This document shows, one piece after another, positions 36,885-44,672 of a stretch of DNA of 48,434 bases. Numbering within the stretch: the first letter of the stretch is position 1; the number at the start of each line of letters is the position of its first letter. The stretch is from Candidatus Iainarchaeum sp. (GTDB lineage Archaea > Iainarchaeota > Iainarchaeia > Iainarchaeales > DTGL01): the NCBI GenBank assembly GCA_021163505.1, contig JAGGVE010000041.1:1-48434 (forward strand), in the 5' to 3' direction. Both the position numbers and the translations under genes were made by a program. Under the pieces are notes generated by a model. That model saw only the letters and a program-made list of their open reading frames with translations, was not told the origin of the DNA and ran no database searches.

Positions 36885-38181
36885 GGGGTTTTTGCAAGCT
36901 CTTGAACGCTCACAGAAACTCGCAAAAATAGAAAAACCAGTTTCAAAAGAGCTTGAAGCAGCAGCAATACTAAAGGAACTTGATGGCAAAGCGGTTCTTT
37001 TTGAAAATATAAAAGAATCGGAGTTTAAAGTAGCAGGCAATGTTTTTTCTTCAAAGGAGCTTATCGCTAGCTACTTTGGCTGCAAGCAGGAAGAACTCAT
37101 AAAAAAAATGATTGGTGCTTTGAATAATCCAACAAAGCCTAATATAGTTGATAAAGCCCCTTGCCAAGAAGTTGTGATAAATGAAAACGAAGTGGATTTG
37201 GATAAGCTACCAATACTTAAGCACACAAGAATAGATGGCGGCAATTATATTACCGCAGGCGTTTTTATTGCTAGAGACGCAGAGCATGGTTTAAACGCTT
37301 CATTCCATAGATGCATGCAGCTCGATAAGAAGCGCTTTTCCGTTCGCGTGTGCGAGCGCAACCTTTATGAATTCCTGAAGAGAAACGATAATGAGCTTAA
37401 AGTTGCTGTTTGCATAGGCAACCCAGCAAACGTTTTGCTAGCGGGCGCAACAAGCCCAGCTATCGGCCAATTCGAGCTTGAGATAGCAAATAGCCTGCAA
37501 AACCTTTCTTTAGTTAAAGCAAAATATGCTGATGTTTTGGTTCCTGCTGAAAGCGAATTCATAATTGAAGGCATACTTACAATGAATGAGCTTGAAGATG
37601 AAGGCCCATTTTTGGATTTAACTGGTACGAGAGATATTATAAGGAAGCAGCCAGTGCTGAAGGTGAAAAAAATCACTCACAGAAAGCAAGCAATATGGCA
37701 TGCGTTGCTGCCAGGCGGCAATGAACATGGCTTGCTTATGGGAATGCCTCGCGAACCAACAATATTCAATGAGGTAAATAAAGTTGCAAAGTGTATAAAT
37801 GTAAACATCACGCAAGGAGGTTGCTCGTGGTTGCATGCGGTAGTGCAGATAGAGAAAGAAAGCGATGAGCAAATAAAGAAAGTAATTGATGCTGCTTTTA
37901 AAGGGCATGGCTCATTGAAGCATGTTTTTGTTGTTGATAAGGATATAAACCCAAATGATATGCAAGCAGTGGAGTGGTGCTTAGCAACGCGTTTCCAGGC
38001 GGACAAAGATCTTTATTTATACCCCAAAGAAAAAGGTTCGAGCTTAGACCCTAGCGCTGAACAGCCGAGCAGAAAAACTTGCAAAGTCGGCTTCGACCTT
38101 ACAGTTCCACTAGCACGAGACAGCAAGCACTTTGAGAAAGTACAGTATGAAAAAGTTGATTTGAAAAAATTCTTAAGTTGA
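36874..38181 (+). CDS. UbiD-family decarboxylase, probable trans-anhydromevalonate-5-phosphate decarboxylase
   Basis: 435 aa. UbiD-like block 'RIDGGNYITAGVFIARDAEHGLNASFHRCM'. Context is UbiX upstream and AcnX-type dehydratase downstream. Confidence 0.8.
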   Translation: MSFRGFLQALERSQKLAKIEKPVSKELEAAAILKELDGKAVLFENIKESEFKVAGNVFSSKELIASYFGCKQEELIKKMIGALNNPTKPNIVDKAPCQEVVINENEVDLDKLPILKHTRIDGGNYITAGVFIARDAEHGLNASFHRCMQLDKKRFSVRVCERNLYEFLKRNDNELKVAVCIGNPANVLLAGATSPAIGQFELEIANSLQNLSLVKAKYADVLVPAESEFIIEGILTMNELEDEGPFLDLTGTRDIIRKQPVLKVKKITHRKQAIWHALLPGGNEHGLLMGMPREPTIFNEVNKVAKCINVNITQGGCSWLHAVVQIEKESDEQIKKVIDAAFKGHGSLKHVFVVDKDINPNDMQAVEWCLATRFQADKDLYLYPKEKGSSLDPSAEQPSRKTCKVGFDLTVPLARDSKHFEKVQYEKVDLKKFLS

Positions 38182-38191
38182 AGGGATTTTT

Positions 38192-39364
38192 ATGCAGCTC
38201 ACAAAAGAAGAGCGTGCTATGTTAAAAGGAAAGCATGGGAAAGCAGCAAAGAAAGCAATGCAGATACTTGTTACCTTAGGCCACATATATGGAGCAAAAA
38301 GATTAATTCCGGTTAAAAGCGTGCAAATTGCAGGCGTAAGCTATCATAATTTGGGCGATGCTGGCTTAGAGCTTCTTGAGGATTTAGCAAAAGACGCTCG
38401 CGTAAGAGTTTTAACAACATTAAATCCAGCAGGCATGGACCTAGAAAACTGGAGAGCCTTAGGTATAAGTAAGAGCTTTGCTGAGAAACAGAAAAGGGTT
38501 ATTGAAGCATTTAGAAAGATGGGAGTTACAATAACATGCACCTGTACACCTTACCTTATCGGCAATTTACCGCTTTTTAATGAGCATATCGCATGGAGTG
38601 AAAGTAGCGCAGTTTGCTTCGCTAACTCTGTGCTTGGAGCAAAAACCAATCGCGAAAGCGGCTTTTCGAGCTTAGCAAGTGCATTGACAGGCAAAACTCC
38701 TGAATATGGGCTGCATTTGGATAAAAACAGGCGAGCAAAAGTGATTGTGGAAGTTAAGGCAAAACTGGAAAGCATTGCCGATTTCGGTGCTTTAGGCAAA
38801 GCGATAGGCGATAAGATAGGCAACACAATTCCCCTAATAAAAGGTGTGCGCGAAGCGGATCTAGAACAGCTGAAGAGCCTATGTGCTTCTATTGCAACTT
38901 TCGGTGGCACAGCATTGTTCCATATGGAAGGAATAACTCCTAATAAAACAAAGGTTCCAAGAAAAAAAGTATACATAACAAAGAGAGACATTGAGAAAGC
39001 AAAGAAAGAGTTGAGTGATAGAACAGAAATAGATTTTATTGCAATAGGCTGCCCACATGCTTCGCTTAGAGAGCTTGCAGATATTGCAAGGGTGCTTAAA
39101 GGCAAGAGAGTGAAAAAGGAGTTCTGGATTGCATGTGCAAGGCCCATTAAAAAAGTCGCAGATCTTATGGGCTACACTGAAATAATTGAAAAAGCTGGTG
39201 CAAAGTTTGCTTGTGATACCTGCATGGCGGTAGCGCCCTTAAAAGGTCACTTTAAAGGAATGATGACAAATTCAGCCAAAGCCTGCTTTTATGGTCGCGG
39301 CTCGAACGCATTTAAGGTAAAAATTGCTACGCTGGAAGAATGTGTTAGGGAGGCATTGAAATGA
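38192..39364 (+). CDS. Aconitase X (DUF521) catalytic subunit, probable phosphomevalonate dehydratase large subunit
   Basis: 390 aa. N-terminus 'MQLTKEERAMLKGKHGKAAKKAMQILVTLG' is typical of the DUF521/AcnX family. ATGA overlap with the next gene. Confidence 0.85.
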   Translation: MQLTKEERAMLKGKHGKAAKKAMQILVTLGHIYGAKRLIPVKSVQIAGVSYHNLGDAGLELLEDLAKDARVRVLTTLNPAGMDLENWRALGISKSFAEKQKRVIEAFRKMGVTITCTCTPYLIGNLPLFNEHIAWSESSAVCFANSVLGAKTNRESGFSSLASALTGKTPEYGLHLDKNRRAKVIVEVKAKLESIADFGALGKAIGDKIGNTIPLIKGVREADLEQLKSLCASIATFGGTALFHMEGITPNKTKVPRKKVYITKRDIEKAKKELSDRTEIDFIAIGCPHASLRELADIARVLKGKRVKKEFWIACARPIKKVADLMGYTEIIEKAGAKFACDTCMAVAPLKGHFKGMMTNSAKACFYGRGSNAFKVKIATLEECVREALK

Positions 39365-39747
39365 TTTTGCGTGGCAGAAAGATTTTTTCTGGCAAGGTAA
39401 GCGGCATAGCTATGATAAGCGAGCAACCAATCTCGTTTTATGGCGGCGTGGACCCTAAGACAGGCATTGTTGTTGAAAAAGGACATTCTTTAGAAGGTAA
39501 AAGCATTGCTGGGAAAATCCTCGTATTTCCAAGCGGCAAGGGTTCAACAGTGGGCAGCTATACAATATACCGCCTGAAGAAAAATGGAAAAGCACCCAAA
39601 GCGATGGTACTCAAAGAATGTGAAGCAATAGTTGCTGTTGGTGCGATACTTGCCGAGATTCCATGTGTTGATAAAATAAAAATAGAAAAAATAAAAGATG
39701 GTTCAACTATAGAGGTTAATGCTGATAAGGCAGAGGTAAGAATATGA
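39361..39747 (+). CDS. Aconitase X swivel-domain (DUF126) protein, phosphomevalonate dehydratase small subunit
   Basis: 128 aa. 'GRKIFSGKVSGIAMISEQPISFYGGVDPKTGIV' is the DUF126 signature. Confidence 0.85.
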   Translation: MILRGRKIFSGKVSGIAMISEQPISFYGGVDPKTGIVVEKGHSLEGKSIAGKILVFPSGKGSTVGSYTIYRLKKNGKAPKAMVLKECEAIVAVGAILAEIPCVDKIKIEKIKDGSTIEVNADKAEVRI

Positions 39748-40532
39748 AAAAACTTGTGTTGGTTAAGCTTGGCGGTTCGTTAATAACCGATAAAACAAAA
39801 AGAGAATGCTTGCGCAAAAGAACGCTTGCAAGGCTTGCTCGCGAACTGAAAGATGCTGGCAAAAAAGTAAAGCTAATTGTTGGCCATGGCGGCGGTAGCT
39901 TTCCCCACTTTCCAGCAAAGAAGTACAGAGTAAATGAAGGAATCATCGATGAAGATAGTATAAAAGGTTTCTGCCTTACGCATGACTCAGCAGCTCGCTT
40001 GAACAGACTTGTTGTAAAAGCATTTCTTAAAGCAGGCATTAACGCTGTTAGCTTACAGCCGAGCGCTTGCATGCTCTGCAAAGATGGCAAGATCGTTAAA
40101 TCATTTTTGGAACCGATAGAGGAAATGCTAAAGAATGACATTATGCCAGTGCCTTATGGTGATGCTGCTTTAGATCTAAAGAAAGGCATTACTATAATTT
40201 CAACAGAGCAGGTGCTTTCTGAACTTGCATTGAAGCTAAAAGCAAAACGCATTGTTGTTGCAGGTATTGTTCCGGGCGTATTTACCGCAGATCCTTTCAA
40301 AGATAAAAACGCTGAGCTAATACCTCGCATAACAAGAGAAAACTTTAGTGAAATAAGAAAGATGCTTTCAGGTTCGCATGGTGTGGATGTCACAGGCGGA
40401 ATGCTTTCTAAAGTTGAAGAAATGCTAACATTGGCTGATAAAGGGGTAAAATCACAAATAGTTGGTGCTGAGAAGCCAGGTGTTCTAAAAAAAGCGTTGC
40501 TCGGCAAGAATGTTGGGACGATAATAGAGTGA
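39744..40532 (+). CDS. ipk: Isopentenyl phosphate kinase
   Basis: 262 aa, amino-acid-kinase fold. Motifs 'LVKLGGSLITDK', 'VGHGGGSF', 'VDVTGGM'. ATGA overlap with the preceding gene. Confidence 0.88.
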   Translation: MKKLVLVKLGGSLITDKTKRECLRKRTLARLARELKDAGKKVKLIVGHGGGSFPHFPAKKYRVNEGIIDEDSIKGFCLTHDSAARLNRLVVKAFLKAGINAVSLQPSACMLCKDGKIVKSFLEPIEEMLKNDIMPVPYGDAALDLKKGITIISTEQVLSELALKLKAKRIVVAGIVPGVFTADPFKDKNAELIPRITRENFSEIRKMLSGSHGVDVTGGMLSKVEEMLTLADKGVKSQIVGAEKPGVLKKALLGKNVGTIIE

Positions 40533-40536
40533 TTCT

Positions 40537-41289
40537 ATGCTTGTTGTGTTTGATTTTGATGGTGTTTTAGCAGACCCTGTGTTTAGCATCGCAACTATAG
40601 CACATAAAGCCTATTGCAAGCTTTACCATAAGATTCCGCTAGAGTTTGTTGTAAAAGCGATAAGAGATGCTAAGCATGTCCTGCGGGCAGGCCCGGATAT
40701 AATGCCTGTTGTTTTATTAGCTGTGGAAGGAAAAAACCTAAAGCGCCTAACAAGAGAAGAACTGCTTGAATTTGAAAAAAGCTTGGGAAAGAAGCTAAGC
40801 AAGCTTGAACAGGCTTATTATCAGCCAAAGGTCTCGTTGCGGAAGAATAAGAAATATTGGGCTTCGCTTTTCAGGCCTCATAAAACCGCTTTAGCTCAAT
40901 TTAAGAAAGTGATGAAAAAACATAAAGTGCTTATTGCAACAACTAGGCATCGCGAGGACATTTTGGTATGCTTCGATAATTGGGGCGTGCGGTTTGATGA
41001 AAATAACATAGTTGATTTACGCATTTCCAAGGATAAGCAGGAACAGTTTAGATATATAAGGAAAAAGATGAAGGTCCCTTTCAAAAGAATGATTTTTATT
41101 GAAGATACTTTGTGGAATGCCCGCGCTGTTAAGAAGCTTGATGTGCAGGTTTTGCTCTCCACGTGGGGGCTCTCAAATAAACAGCAATGGCTTGAAGCGG
41201 AAAAGCTTGGCATAAAGCCGATAAAGAGGCAGAGCGATATATACAAAGAAATTGAAAAAATAGAATATTTGCTTGAAAGCAATCAATGA
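40537..41289 (+). CDS. HAD-superfamily hydrolase (putative phosphatase), function unknown
   Basis: 250 aa. HAD motif I 'VVFDFDGVLADP', motif II-like 'LIATTRH', motif III/IV-like 'K...IFIEDT'. Starts 4 nt after the ipk stop. Confidence 0.62.
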   Translation: MLVVFDFDGVLADPVFSIATIAHKAYCKLYHKIPLEFVVKAIRDAKHVLRAGPDIMPVVLLAVEGKNLKRLTREELLEFEKSLGKKLSKLEQAYYQPKVSLRKNKKYWASLFRPHKTALAQFKKVMKKHKVLIATTRHREDILVCFDNWGVRFDENNIVDLRISKDKQEQFRYIRKKMKVPFKRMIFIEDTLWNARAVKKLDVQVLLSTWGLSNKQQWLEAEKLGIKPIKRQSDIYKEIEKIEYLLESNQ

Positions 41290-41797
41290 GAGCGTATTGT
41301 TTATCAGGGGTTTTTTGGGCGAAAATTTAATAAATGAGCATTGCGTATGTTTTAATGTGGTAGGTATGGACGGTGCAGAAAAAGAATTCACAACAGCATA
41401 TGGAAAATTGCTTCTGTACTCTTTTTTAATGGTATTTATAATTATAGGCGTTGTGTTCTTCGGTTTTGGTATTCTTGGAAGGTTTCTTGGAGCAGCATCT
41501 TTCTACCTAATCCCAATTTTAGTTGTAGCAATAGTATTGGGATTTTATTATTTCTTTTTTGTGAAATCCGGAATATATGCTAAAATGTTCAAATCCTCGG
41601 TAAAGATGTTCCAAGATACAGCGTTAGGTGACCAGAATAAATATTATAAAGAGTATCTGAAGGGTCAATTGAGGGAGGAATTAAAGGAGGAACTGAGGCG
41701 CGAAATGTTGGAAGAGATGAAAAAGAAGGAACTTCACGAAGAGTCGAAGAAAGAGTTAGGAAAGAAGGTTTCCCAAGAAGCAGGGTGGCAAGAATAG
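41273..41797 (+). CDS. Small membrane protein with charged C-terminal tail
   Basis: Two hydrophobic spans ('LLLYSFLMVFIIIGVVFFGFGILG', 'FYLIPILVVAIVLGFYYFFFV') followed by an E/K-rich tail. The ORF-track TTG start overlaps the HAD gene; the ATG at 41366 is the more likely start. Confidence 0.5.
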   Translation: MKAINESVLFIRGFLGENLINEHCVCFNVVGMDGAEKEFTTAYGKLLLYSFLMVFIIIGVVFFGFGILGRFLGAASFYLIPILVVAIVLGFYYFFFVKSGIYAKMFKSSVKMFQDTALGDQNKYYKEYLKGQLREELKEELRREMLEEMKKKELHEESKKELGKKVSQEAGWQE

Positions 41798-41837
41798 AGC
41801 AATTAGAATTTTAATAACATTTTAATACGGTTTTTTT

Positions 41838-42842
41838 ATGGCAATTAAGGACCGAAAGCTCGATCATCTGAGAATCGCACTAAATAAAGATGTTCAATTC
41901 CGCGAGAAGACCACATGGCTCGAGAAGGTTTTGCTTGAGTATCGCTGCTTGCCTGAAATAGACTTAAGCGATATTTGCTTGGAAACAGAATTCTTGGGGA
42001 GAAAACTGAAAGCACCAATTGTAGTCAGCGGAATGGTCGGTGGCATAGCTGAAGCAAAGAAAATAAACAAAGATATTGCAAAAGCCTGTGAAGCTCTTGG
42101 TTTGGGTTTTGGCATTGGATCGCAGCGCGCTATGCTTGAGGATCCGAAGCTTACAGAGACCTATTATGTCAGGGATGTTGCTCCAAACATTTTTTTGGCT
42201 GGCAACGTTGGGGTTACGCAGATAAAGGATTATTCAACAGACCAGATGGAGCAGGCTTTGGATTCTATTGGTGCGGATGCTTTAGCAATACATTTGAATG
42301 CTGCTCAGGAAGCAGTCCAGCGAGATGGAACACCAAATTTTAAAGGCTGCTTAAAGGAGATAGCTCGCGTAGCCAGAGGGCTAAGCAGGCCGGTGTATGT
42401 TAAGGAGGTTGGCCACGGAATAAGCTTTTCTGTAGCAAAGGAACTTGCAAAAACCAATATTAAAGCGATAGATGTTCAGGGTGCTGGCGGCACTAGCTGG
42501 GTTGCGATAGAAGCATTGCGCTCTAAAAATGGATTTGGCAAGGTTTTTTGGGATTTTGGCATTCCAACTGCAAGCAGCATTGCTGAATGCAGAAAAGCAT
42601 TCAAGGGCCCAATAATTGCTAGCGGAGGCATTCGCTCAGGCCTGGATGCTGTTAGAGCCTTTGTTCTTGGCGCGGATTTAATCGGCATAGCTTTGCCAGT
42701 GCTCAAAGCACAGCAAAGAGCAGGCTCAAAAGGCGTTGAGCAATATTTAAAGAGGATAATTGAGGAGATGCGCATAGCCTTACTTTTAATTGGTGCTAAA
42801 ACACCAAAAGAGGCTTTGGGCAGAGGAAGGTTATCTCTATAA
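41838..42842 (+). CDS. fni: Isopentenyl-diphosphate delta-isomerase, type 2 (FMN-dependent)
   Basis: 334 aa. Motifs 'GFGIGSQRAML', 'VQGAGGTSW', 'ASGGIRSGLD'. Confidence 0.9.
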   Translation: MAIKDRKLDHLRIALNKDVQFREKTTWLEKVLLEYRCLPEIDLSDICLETEFLGRKLKAPIVVSGMVGGIAEAKKINKDIAKACEALGLGFGIGSQRAMLEDPKLTETYYVRDVAPNIFLAGNVGVTQIKDYSTDQMEQALDSIGADALAIHLNAAQEAVQRDGTPNFKGCLKEIARVARGLSRPVYVKEVGHGISFSVAKELAKTNIKAIDVQGAGGTSWVAIEALRSKNGFGKVFWDFGIPTASSIAECRKAFKGPIIASGGIRSGLDAVRAFVLGADLIGIALPVLKAQQRAGSKGVEQYLKRIIEEMRIALLLIGAKTPKEALGRGRLSL

Positions 42843-42844
42843 TC

Positions 42845-42855
42845 TTATACATAAC
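42845..42855 (+). repeat. Exact copy of recurrent 11-mer TTATACATAAC
   Basis: Fills the 12-nt gap between the convergent fni and dtdA stops. Its last base is part of the dtdA stop codon. Confidence 0.5.
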
Positions 42856-43664
42856 TACTTTAGCTCATTTGTTTTAAGGATTGGAATATTGAAATTCGCA
42901 AGAATTTCCAAAATTTCCTTCCTTCTACCAGCCAACCCCTTCTTTTCAATCACAAACGCTTCTACATTTTCAACAGTATTTACAATAGCTTTTTCAACCA
43001 TTTGCTTATTCAAAAACCGTAATGCATATTTTGCACACATGTGGGAAAAAGCGTATTCTGTTTGCAGAGCAATCCTTGTAAAGTGTGGATTGTAGTGCAT
43101 ACCTCCAAATCCAAGAACAGCTTTACATTTCACAGCCTTGGTTGTTTCCAATATTGTTTCAGCTATTGCTTCAGCAGCTTTTTTATCCTTCCATTGTTCG
43201 ATACTCGAACCAAGTTCTATATAAATAGTTGGTTTTTCTAAGTAAGGCCCGTGGTGAGTCGCTTCATAACTAACCTCATAGCTCAGATTTTTTTCGTCCC
43301 TCTGTCTCTGCAATTCCATCAAATAGCTTTTCATAATCGCTGCACTTGTCTTAACAAGCTCAAAGTCCTTACCGCCTAATTCTGCCCTGCCCCAATTCCC
43401 AATAGGATGCACAGTAAGTGTAGGCCTTTTTGAAACACTGGAGTGCTTAGAAGCAAAAATAATATAATCACAAGGAATTTTGTCTACATAATTAGCATAC
43501 ACCTGATCCTCATTTATAAAATATAATTTCATTTCTCGTTCTTTCAAGAAATAGACTGCATTGCCATCAAACTCCTCATTAGTTTTCTCAAAACCGCCCT
43601 CTATCAGCAACTCGCTGATAAGCATACCCGCAGGATCAAGCTTTGAAGCAACTATTGCATACAT
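42855..43664 (-). CDS. dtdA: D-aminoacyl-tRNA deacylase, archaeal DtdA type
   Basis: 269 aa. Motifs 'LTVHPIGNWG' and 'YEATHHGP'. Confidence 0.83.
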   Translation of the reverse strand: MYAIVASKLDPAGMLISELLIEGGFEKTNEEFDGNAVYFLKEREMKLYFINEDQVYANYVDKIPCDYIIFASKHSSVSKRPTLTVHPIGNWGRAELGGKDFELVKTSAAIMKSYLMELQRQRDEKNLSYEVSYEATHHGPYLEKPTIYIELGSSIEQWKDKKAAEAIAETILETTKAVKCKAVLGFGGMHYNPHFTRIALQTEYAFSHMCAKYALRFLNKQMVEKAIVNTVENVEAFVIEKKGLAGRRKEILEILANFNIPILKTNELK

Positions 43665-43706
43665 AAAAATAATTTTGTTCTAGAAAAAGCATATAAAAGG
43701 CACTAA

Positions 43707-44252
43707 TTATTTTCTATGGAGCTCTGTTAATTTGTTAAGCGCTTTTTCTATCTGTTCGTACCATTCTTCTAATTCTTTTTTAATATAAAATTTTGTGCTT
43801 GCCGCCAGATCTTCCCGTTCTGCATTTGGTGCAGGGTTTATATAATACCGGGTGTTTTTCCTTGCAATAACTCCTAATTTAATAAGTTTATTTAAATGAT
43901 ACCTTACCAGGCGTTCAGATATGCTTATATGTCTCTCAGTTTCTAAATATTTTTTAATATCAGCAGATGAAGGGTTTATGTTTTTTTCAAGTAGAAAGTA
44001 AAATAATGCATCTATTATTTCGAGCAGCATCGTTCTACTTTCCCTTTCGCTTATTAGCCCAAAGCTTAGTGCCAACCATCTCAACAGAGAGCGTTTCGTT
44101 AACAAAACGCTTGGCGGCAGATCAAGTTTTCTTAAAACGATTGTTTTTCTGATCAATTCTGCCTCTGGAAACTCCATGCAACCACCAAAAAATTTTTCCA
44201 AAAGAAATAGTTTATTTCTCTTTTTATTACTTTTCCTTGTTTGAGCAGACAC
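43707..44252 (-). CDS. Winged-helix transcriptional regulator
   Basis: 'ISERLVRYHLNKLIKLGVIARKNTRYYINP' (recognition helix plus wing). Divergent from the secreted-protein operon with only a 15-nt gap, so the true start is probably the internal Met ('MEFPEAEL', about 44177). Confidence 0.55.
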   Translation of the reverse strand: MSAQTRKSNKKRNKLFLLEKFFGGCMEFPEAELIRKTIVLRKLDLPPSVLLTKRSLLRWLALSFGLISERESRTMLLEIIDALFYFLLEKNINPSSADIKKYLETERHISISERLVRYHLNKLIKLGVIARKNTRYYINPAPNAEREDLAASTKFYIKKELEEWYEQIEKALNKLTELHRK

Positions 44253-44267
44253 CCATAACCTAAAATT

Positions 44268-44672
44268 ATGTTTTTAATAGGAAGCCCACTTCTTTCTTAT
44301 TGGGTGAAAAGAATGCCGATAATAATAGATTATAGGTTTAGCCCACTTCGAATGGTTCTACATAAACGCGATAAAGTGAATTTTGACATCTTTATAAAGA
44401 ACACAGATCCAGAAACAAAAAACCTTACAGTAAGAATTATGTTGCCGCCAGAACTTGCGTTTAGCAAAGGTGGATTTAAAACAGCGGAGCTTGTGAGGAT
44501 ACAGGGAATAAAACCTAATGAGGAAAAGACACTCTATTTTGAGCTATATCCTAAGCCAAGCACAACAGCAGGCGAAAAAGAGATCGCAGTACGTGTCCAA
44601 GAACACTTGGGGAATTATCAATACACAAATAAACAGTATGATAAAACAATAACTCTTATTGTTGAGGAGTGA
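44268..44672 (+). CDS. Hypothetical small beta-rich protein (possible Ig-like/CARDB-like fold)
   Basis: 134-aa ORF with an alternating beta-strand-like pattern ('NLTVRIMLPPELAF', 'EKTLYFELYPKP', 'KEIAVRVQEH'). 4-nt overlap with the next gene. Confidence 0.45.
   Translation: MFLIGSPLLSYWVKRMPIIIDYRFSPLRMVLHKRDKVNFDIFIKNTDPETKNLTVRIMLPPELAFSKGGFKTAELVRIQGIKPNEEKTLYFELYPKPSTTAGEKEIAVRVQEHLGNYQYTNKQYDKTITLIVEE

Noticed and set aside
38551-39147. 198-aa minus-strand ORF inside the AcnX large-subunit gene; similar antisense ORFs at 35838..36308, 37365..38006, 40154..40507 and 40896..41282
   Set aside because: They are antisense to genes with clear family motifs and operon structure, and their translations are low complexity. 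I treated them as shadow ORFs.
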